Shown here: in pieces, positions 49,959-60,091 of the stretch
Numbering within the stretch: the first letter of the stretch is position 1
Layout: every line of letters starts with the position of its first letter
From: an uncultured Gammaproteobacteria bacterium
Lineage (GTDB): Bacteria; Patescibacteriota; Patescibacteriia; Patescibacteriales; UBA12465
Direction: 5' to 3'
DNA: 64,000 nt
NCBI GenBank assembly: GCA_964500975.1
Contig: CAZCQW010000001.1
Location: forward strand, 49,750-113,749
Position numbers and translations under genes: made by a program
The notes under the pieces: model-generated
Databases searched by the model: none
Told to the model about the DNA's origin: nothing
The model's input: only the letters and a program-made list of their open reading frames with translations

Positions 49959-51509
49959 ATGTCATTTACGCAAAAATTCTCGAAATTGTCTGTTCGAGCC
50001 AAAGCCGGGTGGATTTTAGGAGTTATTATGATTTTTACTGTTGCAGTTATTTTAACTGTTGGTGGTAATGTTTATAATAATTTTGCTAGAAATATCGCCA
50101 AGAAGACTAATCAAATCGTTTCTTTGCCTTTGGTTAAAGAGATTCCTTTTAGTCTTGGCTTAGATCTTCAAGGAGGAACTCATTTAGTTTATCAAGCTGA
50201 TGTTAAAAGTATTCCTGAAAATGATAGAGCTGGCGCTTTAGAAGCAGCTCGTGATGTTATTGAGCGTCGTGTTAACGCCTTTGGGGTTAGCGAGCCGGTT
50301 GTCCAAGTAAATCAGGGCATCAATGGTGAATATCGAATTATAGCCGAGCTTGCAGGAATCAAGAATGTTGAAGAAGCAATAAAATTAATTGGTGAAACCC
50401 CTATTTTAGAATTTAAAGAACAGGGAACGGGTGTGATTACTCAAGGAGGTAATGCTTCAACTACCGCTGAGTTAACTCAAGACTGGAAAAATACTGAACT
50501 GACTGGAAAATATTTAAAAAGAGCCACTATACAGTTTAATCAGAATGATGGCTCACCAGAAGTTAATTTAGAATTTAATGATGAGGGCGCTAAAATGTTT
50601 GAAGATATTACAGGGCGCAATATTGGAAAACCAGTTGCTATTTTTCTTGATGGCTATCCTATTAGCATGCCGACTGTTAATGACAAGATTACTGGCGGTT
50701 CTGCTAGTATCTCTGGTCGTTTTAACGTTGAAGAAGCCAAGCTTCTTGTTAAACGTTTAAACTCTGGTGCTTTGCCAGTCCCAATTAGCCTTATTTCTCA
50801 AAAGACGGTTGAGGCTAGCTTGGGTTCAAAATCAATTGATAATAGCATGAAGGCTGGTTTGATTGGATTGTTACTTGTTTCTATTTTCATGATTATATAT
50901 TACCGTCTACCTGGTGTTTTATCGGTTTTGTCTTTGCTTGTTTATGGGTTGACTGTTTTAGCTATTTTTAAAGCCCTGCCAGTCTGGTTGTCTTTAATTT
51001 TAGTGGTTGTTATGATAGGTCTTATTTTCTATACGTTTAGTGAACTTAAAATTTTTAATGGTGGTCTGGCCGTACTTTTCTCTCTAATTGGCATTCTATT
51101 ATTCTTTTATGCGCAACAAGCAGTTACTCTATCATTATCGGGCGTAGCTGGATTTATTCTTTCAATCGGAATTGCTGTTGATGCTAACATTTTAATTTTT
51201 GCTCGTACTCGCGAAGAATTAAAATCGGGTAAATCAGTTAGTCAAGCGGTTGATAGTGGATTTAAACGCGCTTGGCCGTCAATTCGCGATGGAAATGTGT
51301 CGACAATTATTACTTGTTTAATTTTGATGTTTTTTGGAACTTCATCGGTCAAGGGTTTTGGAACAACTTTATTTTTAGGTATTGCAGTTTCTCTATTTAG
51401 TGCAATCGTTATTACCCATACTCTATTTGTTTTAATTTTAGGCGACTGGTTGGATAAGCGCACTTGGTTATTAGGAGTTAAGAAAGCAAAAACAGAAGAA
51501 AATAAATAA
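49959..51509 (+). CDS. secD: Protein translocase subunit SecD
   Basis: 516 aa, ..LGLDLQGGTHLVYQAD.. with a C-terminal 6-TM region. Confidence 0.9.
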   Translation: MSFTQKFSKLSVRAKAGWILGVIMIFTVAVILTVGGNVYNNFARNIAKKTNQIVSLPLVKEIPFSLGLDLQGGTHLVYQADVKSIPENDRAGALEAARDVIERRVNAFGVSEPVVQVNQGINGEYRIIAELAGIKNVEEAIKLIGETPILEFKEQGTGVITQGGNASTTAELTQDWKNTELTGKYLKRATIQFNQNDGSPEVNLEFNDEGAKMFEDITGRNIGKPVAIFLDGYPISMPTVNDKITGGSASISGRFNVEEAKLLVKRLNSGALPVPISLISQKTVEASLGSKSIDNSMKAGLIGLLLVSIFMIIYYRLPGVLSVLSLLVYGLTVLAIFKALPVWLSLILVVVMIGLIFYTFSELKIFNGGLAVLFSLIGILLFFYAQQAVTLSLSGVAGFILSIGIAVDANILIFARTREELKSGKSVSQAVDSGFKRAWPSIRDGNVSTIITCLILMFFGTSSVKGFGTTLFLGIAVSLFSAIVITHTLFVLILGDWLDKRTWLLGVKKAKTEENK

Positions 51510-51520
51510 TAATTAATTAT

Positions 51521-52435
51521 ATGATTTATAAGATATTTCAAAAAAGAAAAATCTTTCTTAGCCTATCAACCCTTGCTGCCGTTGCTTCAATAGTTGCTCT
51601 ATTTACTTGGGGTTTAAATTTTGGAATTGATTTTACAGGTGGAAGTTTAATGGAAGTAGAATTCAAAAACTATAAGCCAAGTGTGACCGAGGTTCAGGAT
51701 AGTTTAAAAGGAATTGATCTTCACGGTTTAGTGATTCAACCAACCGAAAGTTCAGTGATTTTACGTTTTAAAGAAAATACAGAGGATATCCATCAAGCAG
51801 TTTTAGTTGGTCTAAAAACGCTTATAAAAGATAAACCAGAAGTAACTATAACCGAATTGCAATTTGATTCAGTGGGCGCTTCTATTGGTCAAGAACTAAA
51901 GAGTAAGTCGTTTAATGCAACCATGATTGTCTTTATCATGATTATTCTATATATAACTTGGGCATTTAAGGGTGTTTCTCGCCCAGTGTCTTCCTGGAAA
52001 TATGGAGTTGCCGCCATCATTGCCTTAGTTCATGATATTCTATTTATTCTTGGCGTTTTCTCTGTTCTTGGTCATTTCTATGGTATTGAAGTTAATACGC
52101 CCTTTATTGCTGCGGTTTTAACTGTTCTTGGTTATAGTGTTAGTGATACTATTATTGTATTTGATCGTATTCGTGAGAATTTACCTAAGAGCCAAGAAGA
52201 TTTTGAAAATACAGTTAATCGCAGTGTTAATCAAACCTTGACTCGTTCAATTAATACTTCATTTTCCGCTATTTTAGCCCTACTAGCGATTCTTTTCTTT
52301 GGAGGAAGCACAATTAAAGATTTTGCCCTTGCCTTAGTTATTGGAATCGCAGTTGGTACATACAGTTCAATCTTCATTGCTAGTCCCGTCCTTGTTGTTT
52401 GGGAGAAATTAAAGAGATCTAAAAAAACTACTTAA
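51521..52435 (+). CDS. secF: Protein translocase subunit SecF
   Basis: 304 aa, ..GIDFTGGSLMEVEF..VFDRIREN... Confidence 0.9.
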   Translation: MIYKIFQKRKIFLSLSTLAAVASIVALFTWGLNFGIDFTGGSLMEVEFKNYKPSVTEVQDSLKGIDLHGLVIQPTESSVILRFKENTEDIHQAVLVGLKTLIKDKPEVTITELQFDSVGASIGQELKSKSFNATMIVFIMIILYITWAFKGVSRPVSSWKYGVAAIIALVHDILFILGVFSVLGHFYGIEVNTPFIAAVLTVLGYSVSDTIIVFDRIRENLPKSQEDFENTVNRSVNQTLTRSINTSFSAILALLAILFFGGSTIKDFALALVIGIAVGTYSSIFIASPVLVVWEKLKRSKKTT

Positions 52436-52444
52436 GAAAAAAGA

Positions 52445-52459
52445 ACCGCCCAAGGTGGA
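52445..52459 (+). repeat. GC-rich 15-nt mini-hairpin variant (ACCGCCCAAGGTGGA)
   Basis: Lies 9 nt after the secF stop. It shares the CCGCCCAAGG core with the copy at 2787-2801. Confidence 0.45.
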
Positions 52460-52474
52460 CCACGAAAATATATT

Positions 52475-52505
52475 AAAAAATGGGCTGTTTCCAGCCCATT
52501 TTTTA
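52475..52505 (+). terminator. Rho-independent terminator of secDF (atgggctg-tttc-cagcccat + T-run)
   Basis: Read directly from the sequence. Confidence 0.8.
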
Positions 52506-52522
52506 TTTGCTATAATTTTAGA

Positions 52523-54856
52523 ATGAAATACAATTTTAAACTTAGAAGCAGGGAAATTATTGATTTGTTGTTAGAATTTTCATACCTAGCACCAATATTT
52601 ATTATTCCAATTTATTTTTCATTTTTTCTTCCTACTTATAATGTTTTCGAGTTAAGTAAGATTTTTGTTTTTAAAGTTCTTATATATTTTTTGCTACTTC
52701 TTAGTGTTTTGAAAATAACTTTCTTTAGAACTGAAAACTTTTTAGATTTTAATAAAGTAAAGGGCTTTGTTTCAAATTATAAAAGATATTGGCTCCCGCC
52801 ATTAATTTTTATCGTCGGGCTAGGAGTAGGTCTGTTATTTTCCATAAACACTGCTCAGTCATTTTTCGGTTCCTATGATAGACAGGCGGGGTATCTCAGT
52901 TATTTGTTTTACTTTGTATGGTTTGTTTTGTTATTTTATAATATCCGAACACTTAATAATCATCCACAAAATAATCCCGATGATTCTAACTTAAAATTAA
53001 ATATTCACCGCATTTTTTTAGTGGCCGTCTTAGCTTCATTAATTATTTCAGTTTACGGAATTTTGCAGAGACTAGGGATTGATTTTTTAATTTGGCCTGA
53101 GGACCCTTTAATAACTAAAAGAGTTTTTTCTAGTTTTGGGCAACCAAATTTTTTAGCTTCTTGGCTTTTATTAGTTATTCCTCTGGCAGCTTATTTGATG
53201 TCTGAGAGCAAAAAGTTTTTAAATAAATTTTTCTATAGCTTAATTCTGTCTGCTCAGTTAATTTGCCTTTTCTTAACATCTAGTCGCGGAGCGCTAGTAG
53301 CTCTTGTTTTAGCCTTGTTTGCCTTAGCTGCATATTTGCTGAAGAAAAAAGTGGACCAAAAATCTAAAATCATTTTTGGGGCGAGTTTTTTTATAATTTT
53401 TTTGTTAGGTTTATTTATTTTTAGTTTAAATTCCCCTGAAAGAATGGCTGGCTTGACTGATTTTGGAACGGGGAGCGTTGGAGCGAGGGTGAATTATTAT
53501 TTTGCAGCACTAGAAGCTGTTAGTCGCAAACCTTTTTTTGGCTATGGGCTTGATAATGGATCTCAAGCTCTTTTCCCTAATTATCAAAGCGATTGGGGTA
53601 TTCATGCTAATGTTGGGGTTTCAAGTGACAGAGCTCATAATTTAATTTTAGATATTCTCTTGGGGGGTGGATTATTTAATTTAGCTTTGTTCGCTTTGTT
53701 GTATTATTACTTTTTTAACCTTGCTTTTAAAAATATTTCTCAACCTATTTTTAGTAAGCAGTCCTTAGCCTTGCTTGTCGGTGTTTTGGCCTATTTAATT
53801 TCTTTGTTGTTTAATTTTTCTTTAGTGAGTGCAGAAATATATTTCTTCTTGTTCTTGTCTCTTTTGCTTGCTATTAATGTGCGCCAGAACGAAGACGTAA
53901 ATTTAAAAGGAGCACTCGTCGACAATAATCAACTAAGACCTATTAGTTTATTGGGAGTATTAGCGGCCTTTGCAATCTTTGTTCTAATTTGTTTTGGCAT
54001 AAATTACGAATTTAGATTCCTCAAAGCTGATCACTATTTTGGTGCCATGTATAATAATTTAAATAATAAACAATATTTTACCGCACTTACCTTGGCTGAT
54101 TATGTGAATCAGGAAAAGACTAATCCTGTTAATTGTGTCTATTATGACCGTGTGTTAGCGGATATAATTAGTGATGATTATTCTAGCATAGATGATGTAT
54201 TGTCTAGAATGGTAATTAAAAACACATTACAGAAAATTGATAACAGATTAATAGAAAATGGTTACTTAAATATTTTTGTAAAAGGAAAAATAAATTTAGC
54301 TTTGGGTAATTATGTTGATGCAAAGAAATACTTTCAAAAAATTATAGAGATGAGTCCTTATTGGCCAGAGGCCTATGTTCAGCTTGGCGAGGTTTTTGTT
54401 CAAGAAAAGCATTTTAAAGAGGCGATTATTAATTATCAATTAGTTTTAAGAATTTTGCCCGATGTTAATGACAGAAGATTTAATGAAGAGCATCGTAATT
54501 TTTTGAAAAATTATCAAAAAAATATTTTTAAAAAAATAGCCGATGTTTATATTCAGATTTATGATTATGAGAAAGCAGAGAGTTATTATCAATTAGCTTA
54601 TAGTACGAATTTTCAAGATATAAGCTTATTTAAAAATATAGCTGACATCTATTATTTACGAGGAGATTTTTCTAAGGCAATAGAGTATAATTTACGAGGA
54701 GCTAAAAGGGCGCCAAATGATTTTCGCTGGCCCCTATCTCTAGCTATTTTGTATAAAGAAAGCGGTGATAAAATTATGGCTCATGAATATTTTCAAAAAG
54801 CATTTAATTTAGCACCAGAGGAAGAATTATTAATTCAATTAAAAGCTGAATATTAA
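52523..54856 (+). CDS. Wzy_C/O-antigen-ligase-like polytopic membrane protein fused to C-terminal TPR repeats
   Basis: 777 aa with many TM helices. ..LTSSRGALVALVLALF.. marks the Wzy_C region. The C-terminal ~250 aa carry TPR-like repeats (..AKKYFQKIIEMSPYWPEAYVQLGEVF..). Confidence 0.7.
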   Translation: MKYNFKLRSREIIDLLLEFSYLAPIFIIPIYFSFFLPTYNVFELSKIFVFKVLIYFLLLLSVLKITFFRTENFLDFNKVKGFVSNYKRYWLPPLIFIVGLGVGLLFSINTAQSFFGSYDRQAGYLSYLFYFVWFVLLFYNIRTLNNHPQNNPDDSNLKLNIHRIFLVAVLASLIISVYGILQRLGIDFLIWPEDPLITKRVFSSFGQPNFLASWLLLVIPLAAYLMSESKKFLNKFFYSLILSAQLICLFLTSSRGALVALVLALFALAAYLLKKKVDQKSKIIFGASFFIIFLLGLFIFSLNSPERMAGLTDFGTGSVGARVNYYFAALEAVSRKPFFGYGLDNGSQALFPNYQSDWGIHANVGVSSDRAHNLILDILLGGGLFNLALFALLYYYFFNLAFKNISQPIFSKQSLALLVGVLAYLISLLFNFSLVSAEIYFFLFLSLLLAINVRQNEDVNLKGALVDNNQLRPISLLGVLAAFAIFVLICFGINYEFRFLKADHYFGAMYNNLNNKQYFTALTLADYVNQEKTNPVNCVYYDRVLADIISDDYSSIDDVLSRMVIKNTLQKIDNRLIENGYLNIFVKGKINLALGNYVDAKKYFQKIIEMSPYWPEAYVQLGEVFVQEKHFKEAIINYQLVLRILPDVNDRRFNEEHRNFLKNYQKNIFKKIADVYIQIYDYEKAESYYQLAYSTNFQDISLFKNIADIYYLRGDFSKAIEYNLRGAKRAPNDFRWPLSLAILYKESGDKIMAHEYFQKAFNLAPEEELLIQLKAEY

Positions 54857-54873
54857 TTAGCTTTAGTATATTT

Positions 54874-55641
54874 ATGTTTTATTTTTTTTCAATTTTCGCC
54901 TTGTTAATCGGTTTATTGATTGGTAGTTTCTTAAATTGCTTAATTTGGCGTTTGTATAAAGAAGAAAATATCACGGGCCGTTCGTATTGTCCGGTTTGTC
55001 GAAAAAAAATTTCTTGGTATGACAATATTCCAGTTTTAAGTTTTATCTTGTTAAAAGCTAAGTGTCGCCATTGTCATAATAAAATTTCTTGGCAGTATCC
55101 AGTCGTTGAAATTGCTACGTCTATTTTATTTTTCTTGAGTTTTTTAAACAGTTTAAATGAGTATGATTTTACTCTTTCGTTAGCCAAGAGTTGGCTTCTA
55201 ATTATAACTTTAATTATTATTTTTGTTTATGATTTTCGTTGGCAGTTAATTCCGATGACGCTTGTTTGGCCAATGTGCGTTGTATTTTTTGTTTTAAACA
55301 TTCTTCTCGGTTTTTCTTGGTTAACAGTTTTAATTTCTGGACTAATTGCCGCTGCTTTCTTTTTGGTTCAGTATATAATAACTAAGAAAAAAGGTTTAGG
55401 GGAAGGTGATATTTGGTTGGGTCTACTTTTGGGCTTAAGTTTCCCAAGTTTTAGTCAGCTACTTTTAATTTTAGTTTTGTCGTATAGTGTCGGCGCCTTG
55501 GCTGGTATTTTCTTAATTAAATTTAAGAAGGAAAGCGGTAAGACAAAGATTGCTTTAGGTCCATTTTTAGCCTTTGGGGCTATTATTACCCTAATTTGGG
55601 GAGAGAAAATAATTAGTTGGTATCTTAACCTTTTTTATTAG
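54874..55641 (+). CDS. pilD: Prepilin peptidase (A24 family)
   Basis: 255 aa with ..CPVCRKKISWYDNIPVLSFILLKAKCRHCHNKISWQYPVVE.. and catalytic Asp contexts (YDFRW, GEGD). Confidence 0.9.
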   Translation: MFYFFSIFALLIGLLIGSFLNCLIWRLYKEENITGRSYCPVCRKKISWYDNIPVLSFILLKAKCRHCHNKISWQYPVVEIATSILFFLSFLNSLNEYDFTLSLAKSWLLIITLIIIFVYDFRWQLIPMTLVWPMCVVFFVLNILLGFSWLTVLISGLIAAAFFLVQYIITKKKGLGEGDIWLGLLLGLSFPSFSQLLLILVLSYSVGALAGIFLIKFKKESGKTKIALGPFLAFGAIITLIWGEKIISWYLNLFY

Positions 55642-55735
55642 TTAAAATAATTGTTATATTTTTAGAAATTTTGTATAATATTAAGAGCAATTAAAAACTC
55701 TAAATTGTTTTATTTTTATTTAATTCATCATAACT

Positions 55736-56992
55736 ATGAAAGATAATATTATTGCCGGCCTTGATATCGGTTCAACTTCAATTCGGCTGGTAATCGGTCA
55801 AAGAATCGCAGGTCTTGCTGGCGAAGAAATTCAGATTATAGGGGCAGTGTCTGTTCCTACGGCCGGCGTTAGTCGCGGTATTGTAAACAGCATTGAAGAA
55901 ACAACTTCTTCAATTTCTGCTTGCTTAGAAAAGGCTGAAAGACTGGTCGGCGTGCCAATTGGTCGCGTTTGGGTTGGTATCAACGACCCCCACATTAAAT
56001 GTGAGCGTTCTAAGGGTGTGGTTGCGGTTGGTCGCAGTGATGGTGAAATAAATGAAAACGATGTTAATCGTGCGATTGAAGCTGCGCGCGCACTAGCCGT
56101 CCCAGTTAACTACGAAATTCTTCATGTTATTCCAATTAAATTCGCAGTTGATAATCAAGGCGATATTAAAGATCCAATTGGCATGAACGGTATTCGTTTA
56201 GAAGTTGAAACTTTAATTGTTCAAGGTCTAAGCACACAAATAAAAAACTTAACTAAAGCTATTTATAGAACGGGGCTTGAAATTGAAGATTTAGTTCTTG
56301 GTCCTCTAGCTGCTTCTGAAGCCGTTCTAAGTACTAAACAAAAAGAACTAGGTGTCGCAATTGTAAACCTAGGATCGTCCACTACTTCTTTAGCAGTTTA
56401 TGAAGAAAGAAATTTAATTCATACTGCAATTTTACCAATTGGTGCTGAACACATTACCGCTGATATCGCGATTGGACTTCGTTGCCCAATTAATTTAGCG
56501 GAAAGAATTAAACGTGAATACGGAAATGCGATTCCTGATGAAATGGATTCTAAGGAGGAAATCGATGTTAGCCAACTAGTTAAAGAGGAAGAAATTAATG
56601 ACGATATTAGTCTCATCTCTCGCAAGTATGTTTCCGAAATTATTAATGCTCGCGTAGAAGAGATTTTTGAAAAAGTAGATAGTGAATTTAAAAGAATTGA
56701 TAGATCTGGAATGTTGCCAGCTGGGGTAATTTTTGTGGGCGGTGGAGCTAGTCTTGAAGGACTCGTTGAATCGTCAAAAAAGAAATTAAGATTACCAGCG
56801 GCTATCGGTCAAGCTAAAAATATTAATGTTGTAATTGACAAGGTAAAGAACCCAGAATTTTTGACTGCACTTGGCTTAGTTATCTGGGGAAGTCATACCG
56901 AGGGAGAAGTTAGTGGTAATAAATTCTCCAATAGTTTAGGGGGGATTTTTGAAAAAACCAAAGGCTTATTTAGTAAAATAATGCCTAAATAA
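55736..56992 (+). CDS. ftsA: Cell division protein FtsA
   Basis: 418 aa, ..[16 protein letters not shown]..; actin-like fold motifs, directly upstream of ftsZ. Confidence 0.9.
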   Translation: MKDNIIAGLDIGSTSIRLVIGQRIAGLAGEEIQIIGAVSVPTAGVSRGIVNSIEETTSSISACLEKAERLVGVPIGRVWVGINDPHIKCERSKGVVAVGRSDGEINENDVNRAIEAARALAVPVNYEILHVIPIKFAVDNQGDIKDPIGMNGIRLEVETLIVQGLSTQIKNLTKAIYRTGLEIEDLVLGPLAASEAVLSTKQKELGVAIVNLGSSTTSLAVYEERNLIHTAILPIGAEHITADIAIGLRCPINLAERIKREYGNAIPDEMDSKEEIDVSQLVKEEEINDDISLISRKYVSEIINARVEEIFEKVDSEFKRIDRSGMLPAGVIFVGGGASLEGLVESSKKKLRLPAAIGQAKNINVVIDKVKNPEFLTALGLVIWGSHTEGEVSGNKFSNSLGGIFEKTKGLFSKIMPK

Positions 56993-57012
56993 TAATTAAA
57001 AAAGATAATTTT

Positions 57013-58206
57013 ATGGCTGAAGTTAAACCAGAAATTGAAACATTTGCAAAAATAAAAGTAGTCGGCGTTGGCGGCGGTGGCGGTAGCGCTATTAACCGCA
57101 TGGTTGCTAATGGGATTAGAGGAGTAGGCTTCGTAGCCATTAATACAGATATCCAGGCTTTACACTATAATAAAGCAAACGAAAAAATTCATATCGGGAA
57201 GACTGTTACTAAAGGTTTAGGCGCGGGCATGAATCCAGATCTAGGGAAAGGTGCGGCTGAAGAATCACAAAACGAAATTAAAGAAGCTTTGAAGGGTTGT
57301 GATATGGTTTTTGTAACTTGTGGTTTAGGTGGTGGAACTGGTTCTGGCGCCTCTCCGGTCGTTGCCCAAATCGCGAAAGAAATGGGAGCTCTAACTGTTG
57401 CGGTTGTAACTAAACCGTTTATGTTTGAAGGTGGACAAAGAAAAAATATTGCCGATCGCGCTTACGCTGAGCTAGCTGATAAGGTTGATACGATTATTAC
57501 TATTTCAAATGATAAATTACTTCAGGTTATTGATAAAAAAACTTCTTTACTTGAAGCTTTTAAAATTGCCGATGATGTTTTACGTCAAGGTGTTCAGGGT
57601 ATCGCTGAAATTATCACTGTTCCTGGTATTATCAACGCCGACTTCGCCGATGTAAAAGCAGTTATGTCTAACGCTGGATCCGCTTTAATGGGAATTGGTA
57701 TGGCAACTGGTGAAAATAAAGCCGTTGAAGCTGCTAAGGATGCGATTAACTCGAATTTACTTGATATGTCTATTGATGGTGCTCGCGGAATTGTATTTAC
57801 AATTACTGGTGGCCCTGAATTAAGTATGACTGAAGTCTCTGAAGCTGCTAAGGTTATTACTTCAGCTGCTGATGATGACGCTAAGATTATCTTTGGCGCC
57901 GTCATTGATGAGAAGATGAAAGACCAAATCAAGATCACAGTCGTTGCTACGGGCTTTGACGGCCGCGGCAAGAGCCAGAAGACTGAAATGACGAAGTCTT
58001 ATACCCCTAACTCATTTATCGTCGAAAAGGAGGTTGAGCATGAGCCAAGCACCTCTATGGTAAATACAGAAGATAAGAGTAAAGCTAAATTTAACGTCTT
58101 TAAAAATATCCCAGTTAAACCAGCCTTAGAAAGAAAGGCAGAGAAGCCAGTTAATGAAGATGATGATTTAAGCGTCCCAGCTTTTATTCGGAAGAAAATG
58201 GGTTAA
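57013..58206 (+). CDS. ftsZ: Cell division protein FtsZ
   Basis: 397 aa, ..[29 protein letters not shown].. (tubulin signature), with a conserved C-terminal peptide ..[12 protein letters not shown]... Confidence 0.97.
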   Translation: MAEVKPEIETFAKIKVVGVGGGGGSAINRMVANGIRGVGFVAINTDIQALHYNKANEKIHIGKTVTKGLGAGMNPDLGKGAAEESQNEIKEALKGCDMVFVTCGLGGGTGSGASPVVAQIAKEMGALTVAVVTKPFMFEGGQRKNIADRAYAELADKVDTIITISNDKLLQVIDKKTSLLEAFKIADDVLRQGVQGIAEIITVPGIINADFADVKAVMSNAGSALMGIGMATGENKAVEAAKDAINSNLLDMSIDGARGIVFTITGGPELSMTEVSEAAKVITSAADDDAKIIFGAVIDEKMKDQIKITVVATGFDGRGKSQKTEMTKSYTPNSFIVEKEVEHEPSTSMVNTEDKSKAKFNVFKNIPVKPALERKAEKPVNEDDDLSVPAFIRKKMG

Positions 58207-58231
58207 TTAAATTTTTTTAAAAAGAACATAT

Positions 58232-58261
58232 AAAAAAGTCAGCCAAATAGGCTGATTTTTT
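58232..58261 (+). terminator. Rho-independent terminator of ftsAZ (tcagcc-aaata-ggctga + T-run)
   Basis: Read directly from the sequence. Confidence 0.75.
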
Positions 58262-58266
58262 GTATC

Positions 58267-58295
58267 TTGACAAATATTTATATTAGTGCTAGACT
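58267..58295 (+). promoter_or_regulatory. Sigma70-like promoter (TTGACA - 17 nt - TAGACT)
   Basis: Read directly from the sequence. Confidence 0.45.
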
Positions 58296-58364
58296 TCAGT
58301 AGTTGCATTAATTATTGATGTAACATAAACAAAATATTCTTTAACAATTTAAAAAAAATTAAAC

Positions 58365-59372
58365 ATGTTAAGCGTTCTATTTTTCGTATTTGGCGCCCTT
58401 CTTATGGCGTTGTTCTTTTTTTCAAAAAGTGGATTAGAAATAGGTGGTACTGGAGTGGTTAAATCAATGGAAAAAAAACCACGATTCGCGATACTTATTG
58501 CGGCAATTTCACTTTTTTTGTTATCGTTTGGAACAATAAAGATTATTCCAAGCGATTCACGCGGATTACGCTTTACGTTCGGAGCAATCGCAGATAAACC
58601 ATTGCAACCCGGAATACACTTTAGCGCACCATTTATTCAGGCCATTGAAACCGTTACACTCCAACCCATTGAAGTTGAGACTGACATTACGGTGGACGAA
58701 GAGGGCGCGATAACTCGCGACAATCAGACCATCGGCGCACAGCTAGCTCTTTTTTATGTTTATAAAGAAAATGAGTTGCCTGTAATGTGGAAAAGCTACG
58801 GTGAAGAAAAATTGAAAAGTATTATCCTGAAATCAATGACTGAAGCCTTTAAAGCACAAGTTGGACGATATGATATTTTTGTTTTACCGATATCACAAGA
58901 CAGTATACGGATAAAAACGTTGCGACAGATTAGGTTAATGGTGGCTAACTACCCTGTGTTAATAACTGAGTTAAAAATAACAAATTACGATTGGTCGGCT
59001 GACTTTGATAATCAAATTAAGACGACAATGAACCGATCTCAGCAGGTTAAGCAAAAAGAGCAAGAAAAGCTTATGGCTGAGCAAGAAGCACAAAAGGGCG
59101 TTGTTCAGGCGACTGCCAGAAAACAAATTGCTATTACTGATGCCGAAGGAATAAAAGCGGCCGCCCAATTAAAAGCAGATGCAAAAGCTCTCGAAGGAGA
59201 GGGAATCCGGAAATACAATGAGTCAATTGCTAAAAACATTGACTTAGAAATACGTCTGCGAACATTGAGAATTGAAGAAATAAGGGTTCAACGTTGGAAC
59301 GGACAATATGTTCCACAAAACAACTACACGCCGATTCCAATTCAGAATGGCGGTATACTAGGTATAAAATAA
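58365..59372 (+). CDS. SPFH/Band 7 (prohibitin/HflC-like) domain membrane protein
   Basis: 335 aa with N-terminal TM helices, then ..IIPSDSRGLRFTFGAI..PGIHFSAPFIQ.. and a coiled-coil tail. Confidence 0.75.
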   Translation: MLSVLFFVFGALLMALFFFSKSGLEIGGTGVVKSMEKKPRFAILIAAISLFLLSFGTIKIIPSDSRGLRFTFGAIADKPLQPGIHFSAPFIQAIETVTLQPIEVETDITVDEEGAITRDNQTIGAQLALFYVYKENELPVMWKSYGEEKLKSIILKSMTEAFKAQVGRYDIFVLPISQDSIRIKTLRQIRLMVANYPVLITELKITNYDWSADFDNQIKTTMNRSQQVKQKEQEKLMAEQEAQKGVVQATARKQIAITDAEGIKAAAQLKADAKALEGEGIRKYNESIAKNIDLEIRLRTLRIEEIRVQRWNGQYVPQNNYTPIPIQNGGILGIK

Positions 59373-59425
59373 TCCCGGTAACTTCGCAAATCTAAAATTT
59401 TTCGAACTTAGGCTCTAAAAAGCCG

Positions 59426-59455
59426 AAACCCGATTTCAAAAAAATCGGGTTTTTT
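59426..59455 (+). terminator. Rho-independent terminator (aaacccgattt-caaaa-aaatcgggttt + T-run)
   Basis: 11-bp perfect stem, read directly from the sequence. Confidence 0.8.
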
Positions 59456-59530
59456 AATACTCAAAACAATTTTATTTTTTTCTGTGGATAAGTTTAAAAT
59501 ATATTCAGTTTTTTATTAATTTTAGCTCAA

Positions 59531-59559
59531 TTGACCAGGGGTTTTTATTTTGCTAAAAT
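59531..59559 (+). promoter_or_regulatory. Sigma70-like promoter (TTGACC - 17 nt - TAAAAT) of the nrdR-nrdD-nrdG operon
   Basis: Read directly from the sequence. Confidence 0.5.
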
Positions 59560-59569
59560 TGATAGTACA

Positions 59570-59615
59570 TACAACATTTAGTGGTTAGTTCTTTAAACAG
59601 CCACAAAATGTGGGA
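59570..59615 (+). promoter_or_regulatory. Two candidate degenerate NrdR boxes (tacaacatttagtg and cacaaaatgtggga), centres about 32 bp apart
   Basis: By-eye comparison with the published NrdR-box consensus acaCwAtATaTwGtgt gives about 11/14 and 9/14 matches to its 14-nt core. The sites lie between the promoter and the nrdR ATG. Confidence 0.3.
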
Positions 59616-59631
59616 TTTCACTACAAAATCT

Positions 59632-60090
59632 ATGAAATGTCCAATTTGCTATTATCCCGACACAAAAGTCGTGGATTCACGGGTTGCGCCCGACGGATTA
59701 TCTATCCGAAGACGTCGCGAATGTTTGAAATGTAGCTTCAGATTTTCAACTTATGAAGAAATAGAACTCCTGGATTTAGTGATTGTTAAAAGGGACGGTC
59801 GTCGGGAATCATATAGTCGCGAAAAAATGGTTAGCGGACTAAAGAAATCCTGCGAAAAGAGACCGATTACTGACGATAGATTTAAAAAATTAATCCATTC
59901 AATAGAAAGAGACCTTCAGAGACTAAAAGATGCTGAAATAACTTCTCGCCAGATTGGCCAAGTAGTTATGAAGAATCTTAAGAAAGTTGATCAGGTTGCT
60001 TATATCCGCTATGCCTCCGTTTATGAATCCTTTAAGGATGCTCGTGAATTTCAAAAAGAGTTAAATAAATTAATTAAGGAGAAAAAATAG
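59632..60090 (+). CDS. nrdR: Transcriptional repressor NrdR
   Basis: MKCPICYYPDTKVVDSRVAPDGLSIRRRRECLKCSFRFSTYE.. (Zn ribbon + ATP-cone). Start moved to the ATG at 59632; track ORF 59581 begins with GTG. Confidence 0.9.
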   Translation: MKCPICYYPDTKVVDSRVAPDGLSIRRRRECLKCSFRFSTYEEIELLDLVIVKRDGRRESYSREKMVSGLKKSCEKRPITDDRFKKLIHSIERDLQRLKDAEITSRQIGQVVMKNLKKVDQVAYIRYASVYESFKDAREFQKELNKLIKEKK

Positions 60091-60091
60091 T

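Noticed and set aside
57594-57971. 125-aa minus-strand ORF inside ftsZ
   Set aside because: This is a classic antisense shadow of the Gly/Ala-rich FtsZ core.
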